The notes beneath the pieces were generated by a model, which saw nothing but the letters and a program-made list of their open reading frames with translations, was not told the origin of the DNA and made no database searches. 64,000 bases of DNA, taken from Candidatus Thalassarchaeum betae. GTDB taxonomy: Archaea > Thermoplasmatota > Poseidoniia > Poseidoniales > Thalassarchaeaceae. A program made the position numbers and the translations under genes. Below, one piece after another: positions 46,501-55,963 of this stretch (positions are counted from its first letter, which is position 1; the number at the start of each line of letters is the position of its first letter). The stretch lies in assembly GCA_003193925.1 (NCBI GenBank), contig PSPG01000001.1, positions 1-64,000 of the forward strand, read 5' to 3'.

Positions 46501-48617
46501 GTTGGGGGATCTCCTTCCCGACCTCGTTATCTTTAGACCCGGGTCAGTCGATAACACGCAACCTGCAGATCAGTGTACCCACCTCCCAGGAGCCGGGGAC
46601 CTTCGTAATCTACCTGAAGGGATGGTCCACTGGAGAGCCTGTGCTGTCCATCGACCAAGGGACCTTCGACGTCCTCGAGCTGTGGATCAATGTCTCGATC
46701 AAGAGCACCGGCAACATCGTGTTCCAACTGGGTGACACCACCCAGTACGTTTTGCCTGGCGACTGCTCGGAATTCGATATACAAGTCACCAAGCACTTCA
46801 CTCCCGGTCACCTGATATTCACCACACCCGGAGGCCCTGAGGAAAGGCCTCCGGAGATCTCCGAGCAGACATGGAGATTCGACCACTGGACCGTCGACTT
46901 GGACTTCTCCGAAGCACCGGGAGGCAATGGGATACCCGATTACTCACCTCGTTACTGGTCCATAATCGACACACCGTTCACGGTCACGGCAATCATGTGC
47001 GCGCCGTACAACGCCACTGCCGGCTTGGGTGACTCGGTCTCTGTGAAGGCCCATCTCCAAGGCGCGCCACGCGTACGCGACTCCGTGGTCCTGCTGACGA
47101 ACGTGGTTCAGGAGTACATCCTCGAGGCGAGCGTCCCCGAGACCATACTCGCATTGCACCCAGGGCAGTCCTATCAGCTGGATACCACCGTCGAGAACAA
47201 GGGCAACGGGGCCGACAGATACGACATCACCGTGGCCTCGATTACCGATTCGTTCGGAGGCTCGCACGTCTGGGACGTAGAAATCCCAAGGATACTGTTC
47301 CAAGAGCTGGATCGTGACGAATCGCAGACCGTCCCAATCCTCCTCAACGTTCCCGAGATGACCCATGCAGGCCAGTACACTGTGATTCTGAATGTCCTCA
47401 GCGAGGAGGCCTACGAGGGCACTAAACTGCGTGACACCATCGAGTTGCAAGTCGAGGTCGTGGAGTTCCACGACATGAGGATCGAAGTCGATCCGTTGGT
47501 CGAGAGTCGAATCAAGACGACTGCTCCCGGTAGAATCGTCAGATTCACCATGAACGTCACCAATTTCGGCAACATGCCCGACCAGCCCACTCTGCACAAC
47601 CACACGATAGTCATCGGCGCGGGCTGGGACACCGTGCCCGGCATGAACACGCTGAGCGACTGGCAGATTTCCTTCGCACTGCTCGAGGACTTCAACACGG
47701 AGTACCCGACCGAGAAGCCCTGCGTCGCTCTGATGCTGGGCGATCAGGTACCTACCGAGGGTTGCTACCTCGATGCGACTACCAACGCTGTCACCCTGCC
47801 AATGATGGAGGCATACTCCACTCTGCAAATCGTCGTGATAATCGCAATCGACCCAACCGCGTCTCTGTCTAACAGGGAGATTGGAATCAAAGTCCTCTCG
47901 TCATTCGGCTCGGCTGAAGCCGGAGGAGACTACGACGAGACCGCGGTGTGGGACGACTCCTGCACACTCGACGAGAACAAGGACGGACTCCCGGACAACT
48001 ACCCCCCGAACTGCGATACCAACGAGCAAATCGTCGAGTTGCGCCTGCGAGCGCCGGATTTGAAGATACTCGATGTTGATGTGGTGACCTATACCGGCGA
48101 TGTCGGAGAGATGCTATCGGTGAACGTACAAGTCGTCAACGTTGGCAACGCGCACGCCACAAACGTCAACATAATCCTCTGCGTCGACCAGTCTAAGTCC
48201 GACATCAAGAAGAACGGATGTGACGAGGGGAACATCGTCTACCGCCAGATCGTCCAAGCTATCATGCCTGCAAATGATGAGGATCCACCTCTAATCGCCC
48301 TACTGTACATGGTCCAGGCCGGCAGGCACGATGTCGTCGTCGTGGTCGACCCAGACAATGTGATCGTTGAGACCGACGAGACCAACAACATTCAGAAGGT
48401 CTCTAAGAAGATGGGCTCCAATCTGGGCATTCTGGATGTCGGCATCGAAGTCATTGCTCAGTACTCCGTACCGGCCATCATCCTCGGTGCCACCTTCGCC
48501 CTGATTGGCGTTGTCGGCGTGGTGATGTACGGACGCAGGATAGAGGCTCTCACTAGGTTCGCCGAGAAGAGCAGCCTAATCGCCAACCTCGACGACGACG
48601 ATGACATGGTCTTCTGA
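43551..48617 (+). CDS. Large cell-surface protein: signal peptide, 7-blade beta-propeller with inserted vWA domain, six Ig-like/CARDB domains, TM anchor
   Basis: Seven PxxxxDxxxxxHxxWxD-type repeats; IDTSGSM MIDAS motif; xxPG...N.GN..D Ig-like repeats; VDPDNVIVETDETNN CARDB motif; C-terminal hydrophobic helix. Confidence 0.85.
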   Translation: MRNSITMVLLMMMSTFAVMEFPKAEASEVVLTDAIQIVNGGSANDKMVTADADSMGNVHIVWSRNTQHLWYQMHNPRGDVLILETQISNPGAHRAWHPDIRVDHDDNVHITWTDKAGQWTIFYTMLDPSQDDQDGDSAVDAVITIIDDFEVSVHTQNRDWPAIDVDSENNAHIVWEDSFEPLDKYYQQPQIYYSMIEPDLQSREAIVAVGETLLTPIIGHKGHPDVAVDADDFVQIVWDDTRGGKVEIVAPIDTSGSMNTEWADMCVVFYGGYFASGGFFEGLKPMLLRANMTVYETLYALSGNWPAAATSGNCAAAYQTGGSGGQGPRSTPLGLVPGDDSGGIRELTEVVYNGGAVNLPQDGGYYSEFWGPGSNWACLSWRDAQGNVPGNPPTQLDHHWNPNATKIVIPISDEGPYGGDPAQQSDDTQSINEAHDACVIAGIIPVPLLAAGFGAGSTNVGSHMMDLAQCPNGFISLGTRTCPGTNTRLTDAEGMMYSFPTSSSNSAELQLMVEAMVYLSTNNSREIFMTVLDPLSLLQNPPPTWQKGDSGTFVDYTADRYIEDIGPSIDGLGYGNLVVVNDTRITLNDAYSLHPAISVDTSGNTHLAWMDGRAYGFDIDVNYEIYYTRLRLRGAGEWDGAPDGLPSYGIKQIVDSAVSEVEGIDGIPTDLPFGANSHMPAIITDSFDNVHLSWLDNYNGTQGETVVYTKLNHTNDDYPEGFPLNSLAAGILDPWEIIPITEWQSDKLGPNSPAVPDLGQPPAFANDLGSGAHIAWSDTNKCSEISNGGSYTLCYVHVLTGLVEVALDETETYYHTIEPGEQTLYNMTISNPTPGPAELVADTFTVTLEGVPNNWTATLFFTTNHTPIFDSTPVFLRGGDVVPMYMRVRAPSIYQAHGDELATITVSAVSYKDPAIRDERLTLTLMDVVHGINLDTSHFQVDVEQGQSAIFSITVTNTGNVYDTFAFYDPSTLEGQVEWALPFGWGISFPTSLSLDPGQSITRNLQISVPTSQEPGTFVIYLKGWSTGEPVLSIDQGTFDVLELWINVSIKSTGNIVFQLGDTTQYVLPGDCSEFDIQVTKHFTPGHLIFTTPGGPEERPPEISEQTWRFDHWTVDLDFSEAPGGNGIPDYSPRYWSIIDTPFTVTAIMCAPYNATAGLGDSVSVKAHLQGAPRVRDSVVLLTNVVQEYILEASVPETILALHPGQSYQLDTTVENKGNGADRYDITVASITDSFGGSHVWDVEIPRILFQELDRDESQTVPILLNVPEMTHAGQYTVILNVLSEEAYEGTKLRDTIELQVEVVEFHDMRIEVDPLVESRIKTTAPGRIVRFTMNVTNFGNMPDQPTLHNHTIVIGAGWDTVPGMNTLSDWQISFALLEDFNTEYPTEKPCVALMLGDQVPTEGCYLDATTNAVTLPMMEAYSTLQIVVIIAIDPTASLSNREIGIKVLSSFGSAEAGGDYDETAVWDDSCTLDENKDGLPDNYPPNCDTNEQIVELRLRAPDLKILDVDVVTYTGDVGEMLSVNVQVVNVGNAHATNVNIILCVDQSKSDIKKNGCDEGNIVYRQIVQAIMPANDEDPPLIALLYMVQAGRHDVVVVVDPDNVIVETDETNNIQKVSKKMGSNLGILDVGIEVIAQYSVPAIILGATFALIGVVGVVMYGRRIEALTRFAEKSSLIANLDDDDDMVF

Positions 48618-48620
48618 GAC

Positions 48621-49358
48621 TCAGCGCGCCAGCCACCAAGGCAGCGGCGTGCCCTCGCGGGCCGCCACGAGCCTGCCTTGGCTGGCTGCGAAGTCGCGCA
48701 TCAGTCGCTCGCGCAGGCTCTCCATCATCTCCTCGGCGCGCATCGACTGGATGCGGAGCCTCTGGGAGAATATGTCCAGGTCCAAGGGTCTGCGAGGTTG
48801 GTTCATGATGGCATGCGCAAGCTGCCTCTCCTCGTAAGACTCCGAGTGCTCCGAAATGCTCGGCGAGACCTTGCGCATGACCTGCTGGTGCAGAGCGATC
48901 ACAGCATCCCTATGCTCGTCTATGCGCTCTAGGGCCGAATCAAGCTCGGCTAGGATCCCGATAGCCTCGACCATAGGCAGTTTACGCCGGGTGCCTAGTC
49001 GGTCAACGACGCTGTCCAATTCCCTCGGAAGCCTGTGAGACAGGCGCATTGGACCTCCGGCTGGTATCTTCCTGTGCTCTGCGCGGAACAAGTCGGGACC
49101 GAGGTCAAGGCGCAGGGAGAACGATTGGTCGACCTTGTACATCTTCTTCGGAGGCCCTCCCTTCTCAGAGGGAACACGCTCGGAATCGACGAATTCGGAT
49201 TCCTCCAAGACTTTGAGGTGCTTGACGACCGCCTGCTGGCTCACATCCAGCAACTCGGAGAGTTGTAGGGGGTAGTGAGGCTCCTTCACCAATCGTCTCA
49301 GAATCTGGCGACGAGTCGGGTTCTCCAGTATCGTGAGTGCCTCGTCGAAACTGACCAC
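48621..49358 (-). CDS. ArsR-family HTH transcriptional regulator with C-terminal coiled region
   Basis: LENPTRRQILRRL..EPHYPLQLS..VSQQAVVKHL..LEE, GGPPKKMY. Confidence 0.88.
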   Translation of the reverse strand: MVSFDEALTILENPTRRQILRRLVKEPHYPLQLSELLDVSQQAVVKHLKVLEESEFVDSERVPSEKGGPPKKMYKVDQSFSLRLDLGPDLFRAEHRKIPAGGPMRLSHRLPRELDSVVDRLGTRRKLPMVEAIGILAELDSALERIDEHRDAVIALHQQVMRKVSPSISEHSESYEERQLAHAIMNQPRRPLDLDIFSQRLRIQSMRAEEMMESLRERLMRDFAASQGRLVAAREGTPLPWWLAR

Positions 49359-49447
49359 TGGCTTCCCAACCTAAGGTTGGGTAGTCGAAGGCCATTAAAA
49401 ACCCAACTTGAGCATAGGATAATATCTGACGAACTAGTAAAACTGCC

Positions 49448-49741
49448 ATGGGAACCGGGAAGACGGTAATAGTCACAGTACTAGTCATCGCAGGATTGCT
49501 GATGCTGGCTTTGTCCTTTGTTGCTTCAATAATAGTTGATAACATTGATCAGAGGATTGCAGATGGATGCGAAGACGAGGCAGGCACAATTGGAGAAGCT
49601 CTCAATCTTGATGAGGGCCAGTGTCAAGACGGTCGCGACATGAGAGACAAAATTGATCCCTTTGGTCAGATGATTGGCTATCTAGGCGCGGCAGTTCTTG
49701 TGATATCAGTGATCATGGTCGCAATCAGGAAGAAGCAGTAA
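49448..49741 (+). CDS. Small 2-TM membrane protein
   Basis: Two hydrophobic helices around a loop with two Cys; C-terminal RKK; AT-richer than flanks by eye. Confidence 0.65.
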   Translation: MGTGKTVIVTVLVIAGLLMLALSFVASIIVDNIDQRIADGCEDEAGTIGEALNLDEGQCQDGRDMRDKIDPFGQMIGYLGAAVLVISVIMVAIRKKQ

Positions 49742-50473
49742 TCAGCCTTCGTCCCAGCCGCGCCAGTCTGATTTCTCTTCCTCTCGCTGAGGCTCATCAG
49801 CGACCGGAACCTGACCCACGAATGGATCGGGAACGTCCCGCTCTACCTCGCTTTGGGGCAGGCCGCGATACTCCCGGTACAGCTCGTCTGTGGTGGGAAG
49901 CCTGCCTTCGGAGGGGATGATTACCGGAGAGCCGCCCTTCTTGGCGCGCCTCCAATCGATGATGGCCAGAAAGAGAGCCACCCCTGCAAGTGGCAGCCCC
50001 AAGGAGCAGCCGAGAAACATCAACACGAACCAACGATCCTTGAACAGCGCGGCTCCCGCCGAAACGTCGTCTACCAGCCACAGGGTGGAATCACCGTCAT
50101 TATGCAGTGTGTATGTACCCGCCTCAATTGCTGTGAATACTCTGACTGGCATGTAACTGGTCCCGTTCTCAGTGACACGCTTTGCTTCCCAGACACCCGG
50201 AGTCGCACCCTCCTCTTCCTCTCCGGTGCTGTTGAGTAGCCTTAGCTCAGCCTCACCACCTCCCTCGATTCGCAGAGCGACATACTTCCCAGTCTCAGTC
50301 AGAGACACCTCACCGCTCTGCCCAGCCTCCAACTCCAAGAGGTGATTTTGCCCTGGATCCAGATTGTCATAGATCGAAGCCTCCGCTTGCCAGAGGGATA
50401 TGACACCGATTAACAGCAGAAGGAAGGAAGCCCCAGCGAGACGCTTCGCCCAACGCATCGCTCCCCCGGTCAC
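49742..50473 (-). CDS. Hypothetical membrane protein
   Basis: N-terminal TM/signal, beta-rich domain, second TM helix, acidic tail. Confidence 0.7.
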   Translation of the reverse strand: MTGGAMRWAKRLAGASFLLLLIGVISLWQAEASIYDNLDPGQNHLLELEAGQSGEVSLTETGKYVALRIEGGGEAELRLLNSTGEEEEGATPGVWEAKRVTENGTSYMPVRVFTAIEAGTYTLHNDGDSTLWLVDDVSAGAALFKDRWFVLMFLGCSLGLPLAGVALFLAIIDWRRAKKGGSPVIIPSEGRLPTTDELYREYRGLPQSEVERDVPDPFVGQVPVADEPQREEEKSDWRGWDEG

Positions 50474-50511
50474 GTAGCGAGGTGATGGCGTTGCGCTATC
50501 AGGCTTCTCAA

Positions 50512-51627
50512 TCAGTATCCAAGCCCCACATCCGGATGAGCGAGCTTCTCAGGCAGATAGGTGTCAGTGACGAAGTCCAGACCATACTTCGCAAGTGACT
50601 GCTGCTCGGCCTTCTTCCCCATCTCCTGCATCATCTCAATCTGCTGCTGCCACCATCCGGTCGAGAATCGGGGATCGCTCAGTTCGGCCTTGAGCGCCCC
50701 AAGATCCTGCTTCGACAAGTCGTCACTCGGCAGGTCGTAGGCGAGTATGTCGTCCGCGGTAATCCCTAGGTAGGTCGCGCCCTTTGTCGCGAGGTACTCT
50801 GAGATGTGCGCAGTCTTGATGGCGCCGTATGCTATGCTCGCATAGATGCGGAACGACCACGGGTCGCAGTCGGTGAACACGATGATCGGCTTCTTCCACT
50901 CGTCACTCATTCGCCGCATTATTCGACGGGTCGAGCGCGCAGGCTGACCCTTCAGATGAATCAGTGCACACCGAGCCTCCTCGTCGAAACCGTTCTCGAT
51001 GAGTCGGTCGAACATACCACCGGTCTCTATGGCCATGACGAAGTCGATATCCTGCTCGATCAGCCTGAGCTTCTTCGACTCGACATTGTATGGAACGCCG
51101 TAGCCGGAATCCCCGACGTCGTCGCGGCAGTTGATGCGCATCCAGTCCCCACGGCGGTTTCGCTCCTCGAAGGTCACGTTACCTATGATTCTGGCACCGT
51201 CCTCCTCAGGCCTGAGTCGGAAGTCCTCGCGCAGGCACTTGGTGACGATCTCCAAGTCCTCGGCGAGGTTGTTGCTCTCATTCTGAGAGTGGAACTTCCC
51301 ATTACCCCAGCCCTCGGAGATGTAGTACATCTCCCTGAGAGTCGAGGACTTGCCGGCATGAATCATCTCTTCGATGAACTCTGTGACATGCAGTGAACGG
51401 AGAAGCTGCCTAGCGGAGCCGAGACTGGTTGCGTCTCGCACGGTCTTCTTCTTGCCGTACTTGTAGACTCCGAGCTTCTGATCGAAGGCGATGTTGCTCT
51501 TCGAGCGCACGGGCAGCGTCATGGTCGGGGGTTTCCCCTTGACCATCCTGTCATGCATCTCGGAGGCGACGCCGTGCAGCGCCTGAATCACCTCCTCCTT
51601 CGACTTCTCTGGGCTGGAGATGCTCAC
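50512..51627 (-). CDS. top6A: DNA topoisomerase VI subunit A
   Basis: STLREMYY (catalytic Tyr), AIETGGMF, KGQP, DCDP Toprim motif, KAEQQ. Confidence 0.96.
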   Translation of the reverse strand: MSISSPEKSKEEVIQALHGVASEMHDRMVKGKPPTMTLPVRSKSNIAFDQKLGVYKYGKKKTVRDATSLGSARQLLRSLHVTEFIEEMIHAGKSSTLREMYYISEGWGNGKFHSQNESNNLAEDLEIVTKCLREDFRLRPEEDGARIIGNVTFEERNRRGDWMRINCRDDVGDSGYGVPYNVESKKLRLIEQDIDFVMAIETGGMFDRLIENGFDEEARCALIHLKGQPARSTRRIMRRMSDEWKKPIIVFTDCDPWSFRIYASIAYGAIKTAHISEYLATKGATYLGITADDILAYDLPSDDLSKQDLGALKAELSDPRFSTGWWQQQIEMMQEMGKKAEQQSLAKYGLDFVTDTYLPEKLAHPDVGLGY

Positions 51628-53705
51628 TCACCCCCCTCCTGATTAGGGACCCAGTCCAATGATCCTGGATCCACTGGTGTGGATTCTTGTTCTGGATCAT
51701 CCCGGAGGTTCTCCTCAGCTCTCTCGGCCAGTGGGCCGATTCCAGATTCTGCCTTGCGCACCTCCTCCTCAGCAGCACTCAGAGCCTCCCTGTTCCTCAT
51801 CTCCTCCAGCAGTTTCTCGTCAATTTTAGTGGCTCCGATGATATCCCCGTTTCCTCGGAAGAAGATGTCAGTATCACTCCATTGTCCCTTGCTGAGCCCT
51901 GAAAGTGAGAATGAGATGGTGGCCGAGGTGCCCGGATTCAGCGTGTCGAGCCTCCAGGCCCACAGCCCATGAGCCTCCTTTCTACCCCCTAGGGGATTGT
52001 TCTCCATCGCCACGTAATCCGATTCGGGCCACTTGGCCAGTATGGTGTATGCCCGGGCTCTGGCTGTGTAGTTGAGCACGGTTATGTCGCAGGTAGCGAG
52101 CCTTCGCTCTTTGTCCCAGCCGAGCTCCTCCTCGCAGAACACTGCGTTCATAATCTGGGTGATGATGGGTGCAAGGTTTGGCTCCTCTCTGTTGAGGAGT
52201 TGCGAGGATTTCCGGGAGATCTCGGGCAGAATGACGTTAATCAACTCGAACTTCTCCTGTGCCTTCTTGCGCTGCGAACTCTTCTTCAGGTGACTCTTCA
52301 GTCCGCGTCCGACCTCTAATAGAGCCCTCCTGATTTCCTCTAGGACCTCCTCGTTAACGGCCACGGCCTCCTTGGCTTCGCTGGTGAACTGCACATTGGT
52401 CGAAGCCAAGTGGATGAGCACCGCGGCCGGCCCCTTCGGGATTCCACGGCCACCCGGCTGTTCCAGCCCATAGCGCTTCCAGTCTATCGATTCCAGCGCT
52501 TTGGTCAGCAGGCAGCCGCCCTGTTGGTACATCAGGGGAACCCGATTGGCGAATCTGAGAATCTCAATCGGGCTGTCAGCGGCGAGGTCACCGCCGAAAA
52601 CCAAACCAATCTCGACTTGGAACGGGTTCCCCTGAGTGACTTGTGGATCTCTTGTGACTGTAGAGGCGAAGCGGGAGTCGATCGCCTTGGATAGGCTCTT
52701 TTTAATCAGGAGGTCCTCGATAGGAGAGAGGCAATCCGTGGGCGGGTTGAGGAGTTTCACCTTCTGGAAGCAATCCAGGATGAGTTGAGCCTCCTCGGCT
52801 CTGATTCTGCGAGGCTGCCGACTCTCGTCCAGTCCAGCCTTCTCGAGTATCTCCCTCGCGGCCCTCATGCTGACGCCCGAGAAGTTGTGCCTCAGGAATG
52901 AGGTCATCTTCCTCTCCTCAGCCTCGCGGAGCATTCTCTGGAGGGTTCCGAGATGTATTCCGTGTGGGTGCGGCTTGATCTCCGTGACCACCCTGGGGAG
53001 CTTGTCAGTGGTCCTGGGCCAGTTTCCTGCGTCGATGATCCCGCCGTCCCTGTCTCGAACCGTTAGCGTGATTGTCGCGTGCGGGTTCACAATCGAAGTC
53101 ATTCTGAGGTACTGATGCACGGATTGTCGGCCCCGTTGGTACTTGGCGTTCATCACAGTCTGCAGTCGCAGACCGTGACTGACCTCCTCCCCCGTGACGT
53201 CGTCGATCCAGATGTCCCTGATCTCCCCGGACTTGATCGCCCTGTTCTTCTTAGTGTCTATCCCCAAGTCGACGAAGACCGCCGAGGAGTCGCCCTCCAC
53301 CTTCGAGACCACGCGTGTCTTCGCGCCGGTCGTAAGTTGGCTGTACATCACAACGCCCGTGATGCCGATTCCCTGCTGCCCTCGTGTCTGCCGGATGGCA
53401 TGGAATCTTGAGCCGAGCAGGAACTTGCCGAACACATGCTCGATGGAACTTCTCGGGATGCCCGGACCGTTGTCCTGAGCGATTAATTCGATCCGGTCGC
53501 CCTTGAGACGACTTACCTCGATTCTGATCTCGGGGAGGATTCGCTCCTCCTCGCAAGCGTCGAGTGAGTTGTCCACCGATTCCTTAACTGCGGTGATGAT
53601 GGCTCGGTGTAAGGAATCAAAGCCCAGAAAGTGTTTGTTCTTCTCGAAGAATTCGCTAATCGCAATCTGCCTCTGTTTTCCAGTTGATGGTTTTCCTTCG
53701 CTCAT
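51624..53705 (-). CDS. top6B: DNA topoisomerase VI subunit B
   Basis: ISEFFEKN, KESVDNSLDA, DNGPG, RGQQGIG, RFANRVPL. Confidence 0.96.
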   Translation of the reverse strand: MSEGKPSTGKQRQIAISEFFEKNKHFLGFDSLHRAIITAVKESVDNSLDACEEERILPEIRIEVSRLKGDRIELIAQDNGPGIPRSSIEHVFGKFLLGSRFHAIRQTRGQQGIGITGVVMYSQLTTGAKTRVVSKVEGDSSAVFVDLGIDTKKNRAIKSGEIRDIWIDDVTGEEVSHGLRLQTVMNAKYQRGRQSVHQYLRMTSIVNPHATITLTVRDRDGGIIDAGNWPRTTDKLPRVVTEIKPHPHGIHLGTLQRMLREAEERKMTSFLRHNFSGVSMRAAREILEKAGLDESRQPRRIRAEEAQLILDCFQKVKLLNPPTDCLSPIEDLLIKKSLSKAIDSRFASTVTRDPQVTQGNPFQVEIGLVFGGDLAADSPIEILRFANRVPLMYQQGGCLLTKALESIDWKRYGLEQPGGRGIPKGPAAVLIHLASTNVQFTSEAKEAVAVNEEVLEEIRRALLEVGRGLKSHLKKSSQRKKAQEKFELINVILPEISRKSSQLLNREEPNLAPIITQIMNAVFCEEELGWDKERRLATCDITVLNYTARARAYTILAKWPESDYVAMENNPLGGRKEAHGLWAWRLDTLNPGTSATISFSLSGLSKGQWSDTDIFFRGNGDIIGATKIDEKLLEEMRNREALSAAEEEVRKAESGIGPLAERAEENLRDDPEQESTPVDPGSLDWVPNQEGGE

Positions 53706-53850
53706 CCGCAACCCTCCACCAGGTCCTCCCAATACCCGAATGGCACGGGGCCTGCTTGTGGTAAGTCGTAGCGGCCACGGCTGTCTATTCAATCTACTCG
53801 TTCGGAGGGGGGTGTTGCACTCGCAAAGTGAAGGCCATCCCATGATTCGC

Positions 53851-55899
53851 CTAGGAGAAGATGTCGGGGTGCCACGCTACGATCTTCCCGGTGAAGGCGC
53901 TGGCCATCACCGTCAACGGGCTTGCGAGGTAGAGCCTGCCCGGGCCTGAGCGGCCCTGGTAGTTGCGGTTAATCGCCGATATGGTGACCTGCTCAGCATC
54001 ATCACTGATTCCCGGACCGGCGCCTATGCAGGCGCCGCAGCCCGGGTCGATGAGCTTGACACCAGCGCGCTCGAACATCTCGGTCCAACCATTGCGCGCT
54101 GACAGGTCCTTGACCGTCTTCGAGCCGAACTGGATGTAGCAGTCGACGTCCTCGGGTATGGTCAGGCCGGCCTCGAGGGCGGCCTCGGTCACCCGCGCGT
54201 AGTAAGCGAAATCATCCTCCTTGCCCGCAGTGCACGAGCCAGCGTAGGCGATGTCGATGCTTACCTCACCCAGCTCGTGGACGTAGGCGCCGTTGGTCGG
54301 GTCCGACGGAATTCCCTTGTCGGGATCCCCGGGATGAGCTACCATCGGCATGATCTCAGAGAGGTCGATGGTGTGGACCCCGCCATCGTATCTCGCGCCC
54401 TCGTCAGGCATAATGAAGTCGGCACGGATATCCTCCTCGCTCACACCTGATCTGCGTCGCATCAGCCACTCGACTGTCGCGTCGTCAGGCTCGCATATCC
54501 CGGTCTTGGCGCTGCACTCGGTAGCCATGTTGCATAGAGTGGCTCGCTCGTCCATCGACAGGCCAGCCAGTCCCGGCCCGCCGAACTCCATGCTCCTGTC
54601 GAGGGTCTCGGAGTTCGCGGCGTACTTCCAGAGGATATGCAGGATGACGTCCTTCGCGGTGCATCCCGGGTCGAGAGTGCCCATCAGCTCGAAGCGTATG
54701 CTCTCGGGTACTTGTACGAAGGCGAATTGGTTGTGGATGAGGTTGGCGTACTCGGTTGAACCCACTCCGTAGGCCAAGGCGTTGGTGGCACCGCCCATGC
54801 AAGTGTGCGAGTCAGTCGACTGGATGAAGTCACCAACATCGATGAACTCCTCCCGTGCGACCTGATGGCAGATGCCCGGGCTGATGCCGTCCTCGGCCGA
54901 GTAGTCGCGCACTCCAGTGCGCTTCTGAAACATCTCCTGCATGTCGCGCAGCGTCTGTATCTTCTCGGTGAACCTACCGTACTTGGGCACGCCGGTGGCG
55001 TACAAGAGGTGGTCTTCGAAAACCGCGTATTTCGATGGGTTTGGGATCTTGTAGTCATCACCATACTCCAACTTCAGGAACTCGTGAACCTGAGCTGTCG
55101 TGAACTCGTGGGAATAGCCTCCGTCGACCTGAGCCAGCACCGCGTCGCCCGGCTTAACGTAGCGAGACGCTCCGTTCTGACTCAGCAACTTGCCCGCAAT
55201 CATCTTCTCAACCATGGTCATCGGGCGAGCCCCCGTCGTCAATTCCGGAATTCGGAGCTCTCCCGCTTTGAGTTTCTTGGCGAAGGGGAAGATCCCTCCG
55301 TTCTCGATGATTAGCCTGGTCACAGGATCGTACTTCGAGGTGAACTCGTCCAGCGAGATGCTCTCTCCGTCCTGCAGGCGCTCAAGCATCGAGTAGTCGC
55401 CCATCAACTGGCCGAGGTTGATGTTGTTGCGCTCGTGGATGGGTGCGAAGGAGGCAGCGATGACGATCCTGACTCCCGACCAGCGTTCGCACTGGGCTGC
55501 CGTCTCGCGACTCGATCCAGTGCCCTTTCGATGCCCGGAGACGATGACCTCGAAGTCGCCGTCGAGCAAGGCCCGCGGCTCGAACACCCGCCTGCCCTCG
55601 TGTACCAAGCCAGCGTAGGCGTTCTCCGCGATTATCGCCGGTTCGTGGTCGAAGCAGACCCACGCCGGGGTCATCACATCGGTGTTGATGTCATCGAGAA
55701 AATCGCTGACATCGAGGTCCTCCATGCGCAGGTCCACGCCCTCGTAGAGTTGCTTGCGAATCAACTCGAGATCTTTGGTCAGGAAGAGCACCCTCTTGCC
55801 TGCCGTCAGCCCTATTCGCTCCGGGGGCCATTGCTCCGACAAGGTTACACCACCTTCCTCGATGCTAGCCAAGGTTGCCGTGTATTTCACCGTTCTCAA
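53851..55899 (-). CDS. Aconitase-superfamily enzyme, LeuD-like swivel domain fused N-terminally to a LeuC-like [4Fe-4S] domain
   Basis: NTDVMTP, GTGSSRE (small subunit); GICH, DSHT, GSCT, GCGACIG, NRNY.GR (large subunit). Start uncertain. Confidence 0.87.
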   Translation of the reverse strand: MRTVKYTATLASIEEGGVTLSEQWPPERIGLTAGKRVLFLTKDLELIRKQLYEGVDLRMEDLDVSDFLDDINTDVMTPAWVCFDHEPAIIAENAYAGLVHEGRRVFEPRALLDGDFEVIVSGHRKGTGSSRETAAQCERWSGVRIVIAASFAPIHERNNINLGQLMGDYSMLERLQDGESISLDEFTSKYDPVTRLIIENGGIFPFAKKLKAGELRIPELTTGARPMTMVEKMIAGKLLSQNGASRYVKPGDAVLAQVDGGYSHEFTTAQVHEFLKLEYGDDYKIPNPSKYAVFEDHLLYATGVPKYGRFTEKIQTLRDMQEMFQKRTGVRDYSAEDGISPGICHQVAREEFIDVGDFIQSTDSHTCMGGATNALAYGVGSTEYANLIHNQFAFVQVPESIRFELMGTLDPGCTAKDVILHILWKYAANSETLDRSMEFGGPGLAGLSMDERATLCNMATECSAKTGICEPDDATVEWLMRRRSGVSEEDIRADFIMPDEGARYDGGVHTIDLSEIMPMVAHPGDPDKGIPSDPTNGAYVHELGEVSIDIAYAGSCTAGKEDDFAYYARVTEAALEAGLTIPEDVDCYIQFGSKTVKDLSARNGWTEMFERAGVKLIDPGCGACIGAGPGISDDAEQVTISAINRNYQGRSGPGRLYLASPLTVMASAFTGKIVAWHPDIFS

Positions 55900-55963
55900 T
55901 CGTTCGATTACAGTGTGCAGCCTCTCAGCACAACGGTAATGCTGGGTTTTCTTATACTGTCAC

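Noticed and set aside
49359-49741. AT-richer patch as a mobile element
   Set aside because: It holds only one small membrane gene, with no terminal repeats or transposase.
51624-52150. C-terminal extension of Top6B as a novel domain
   Set aside because: A C-terminal Ig-like domain is already known in euryarchaeal Top6B.
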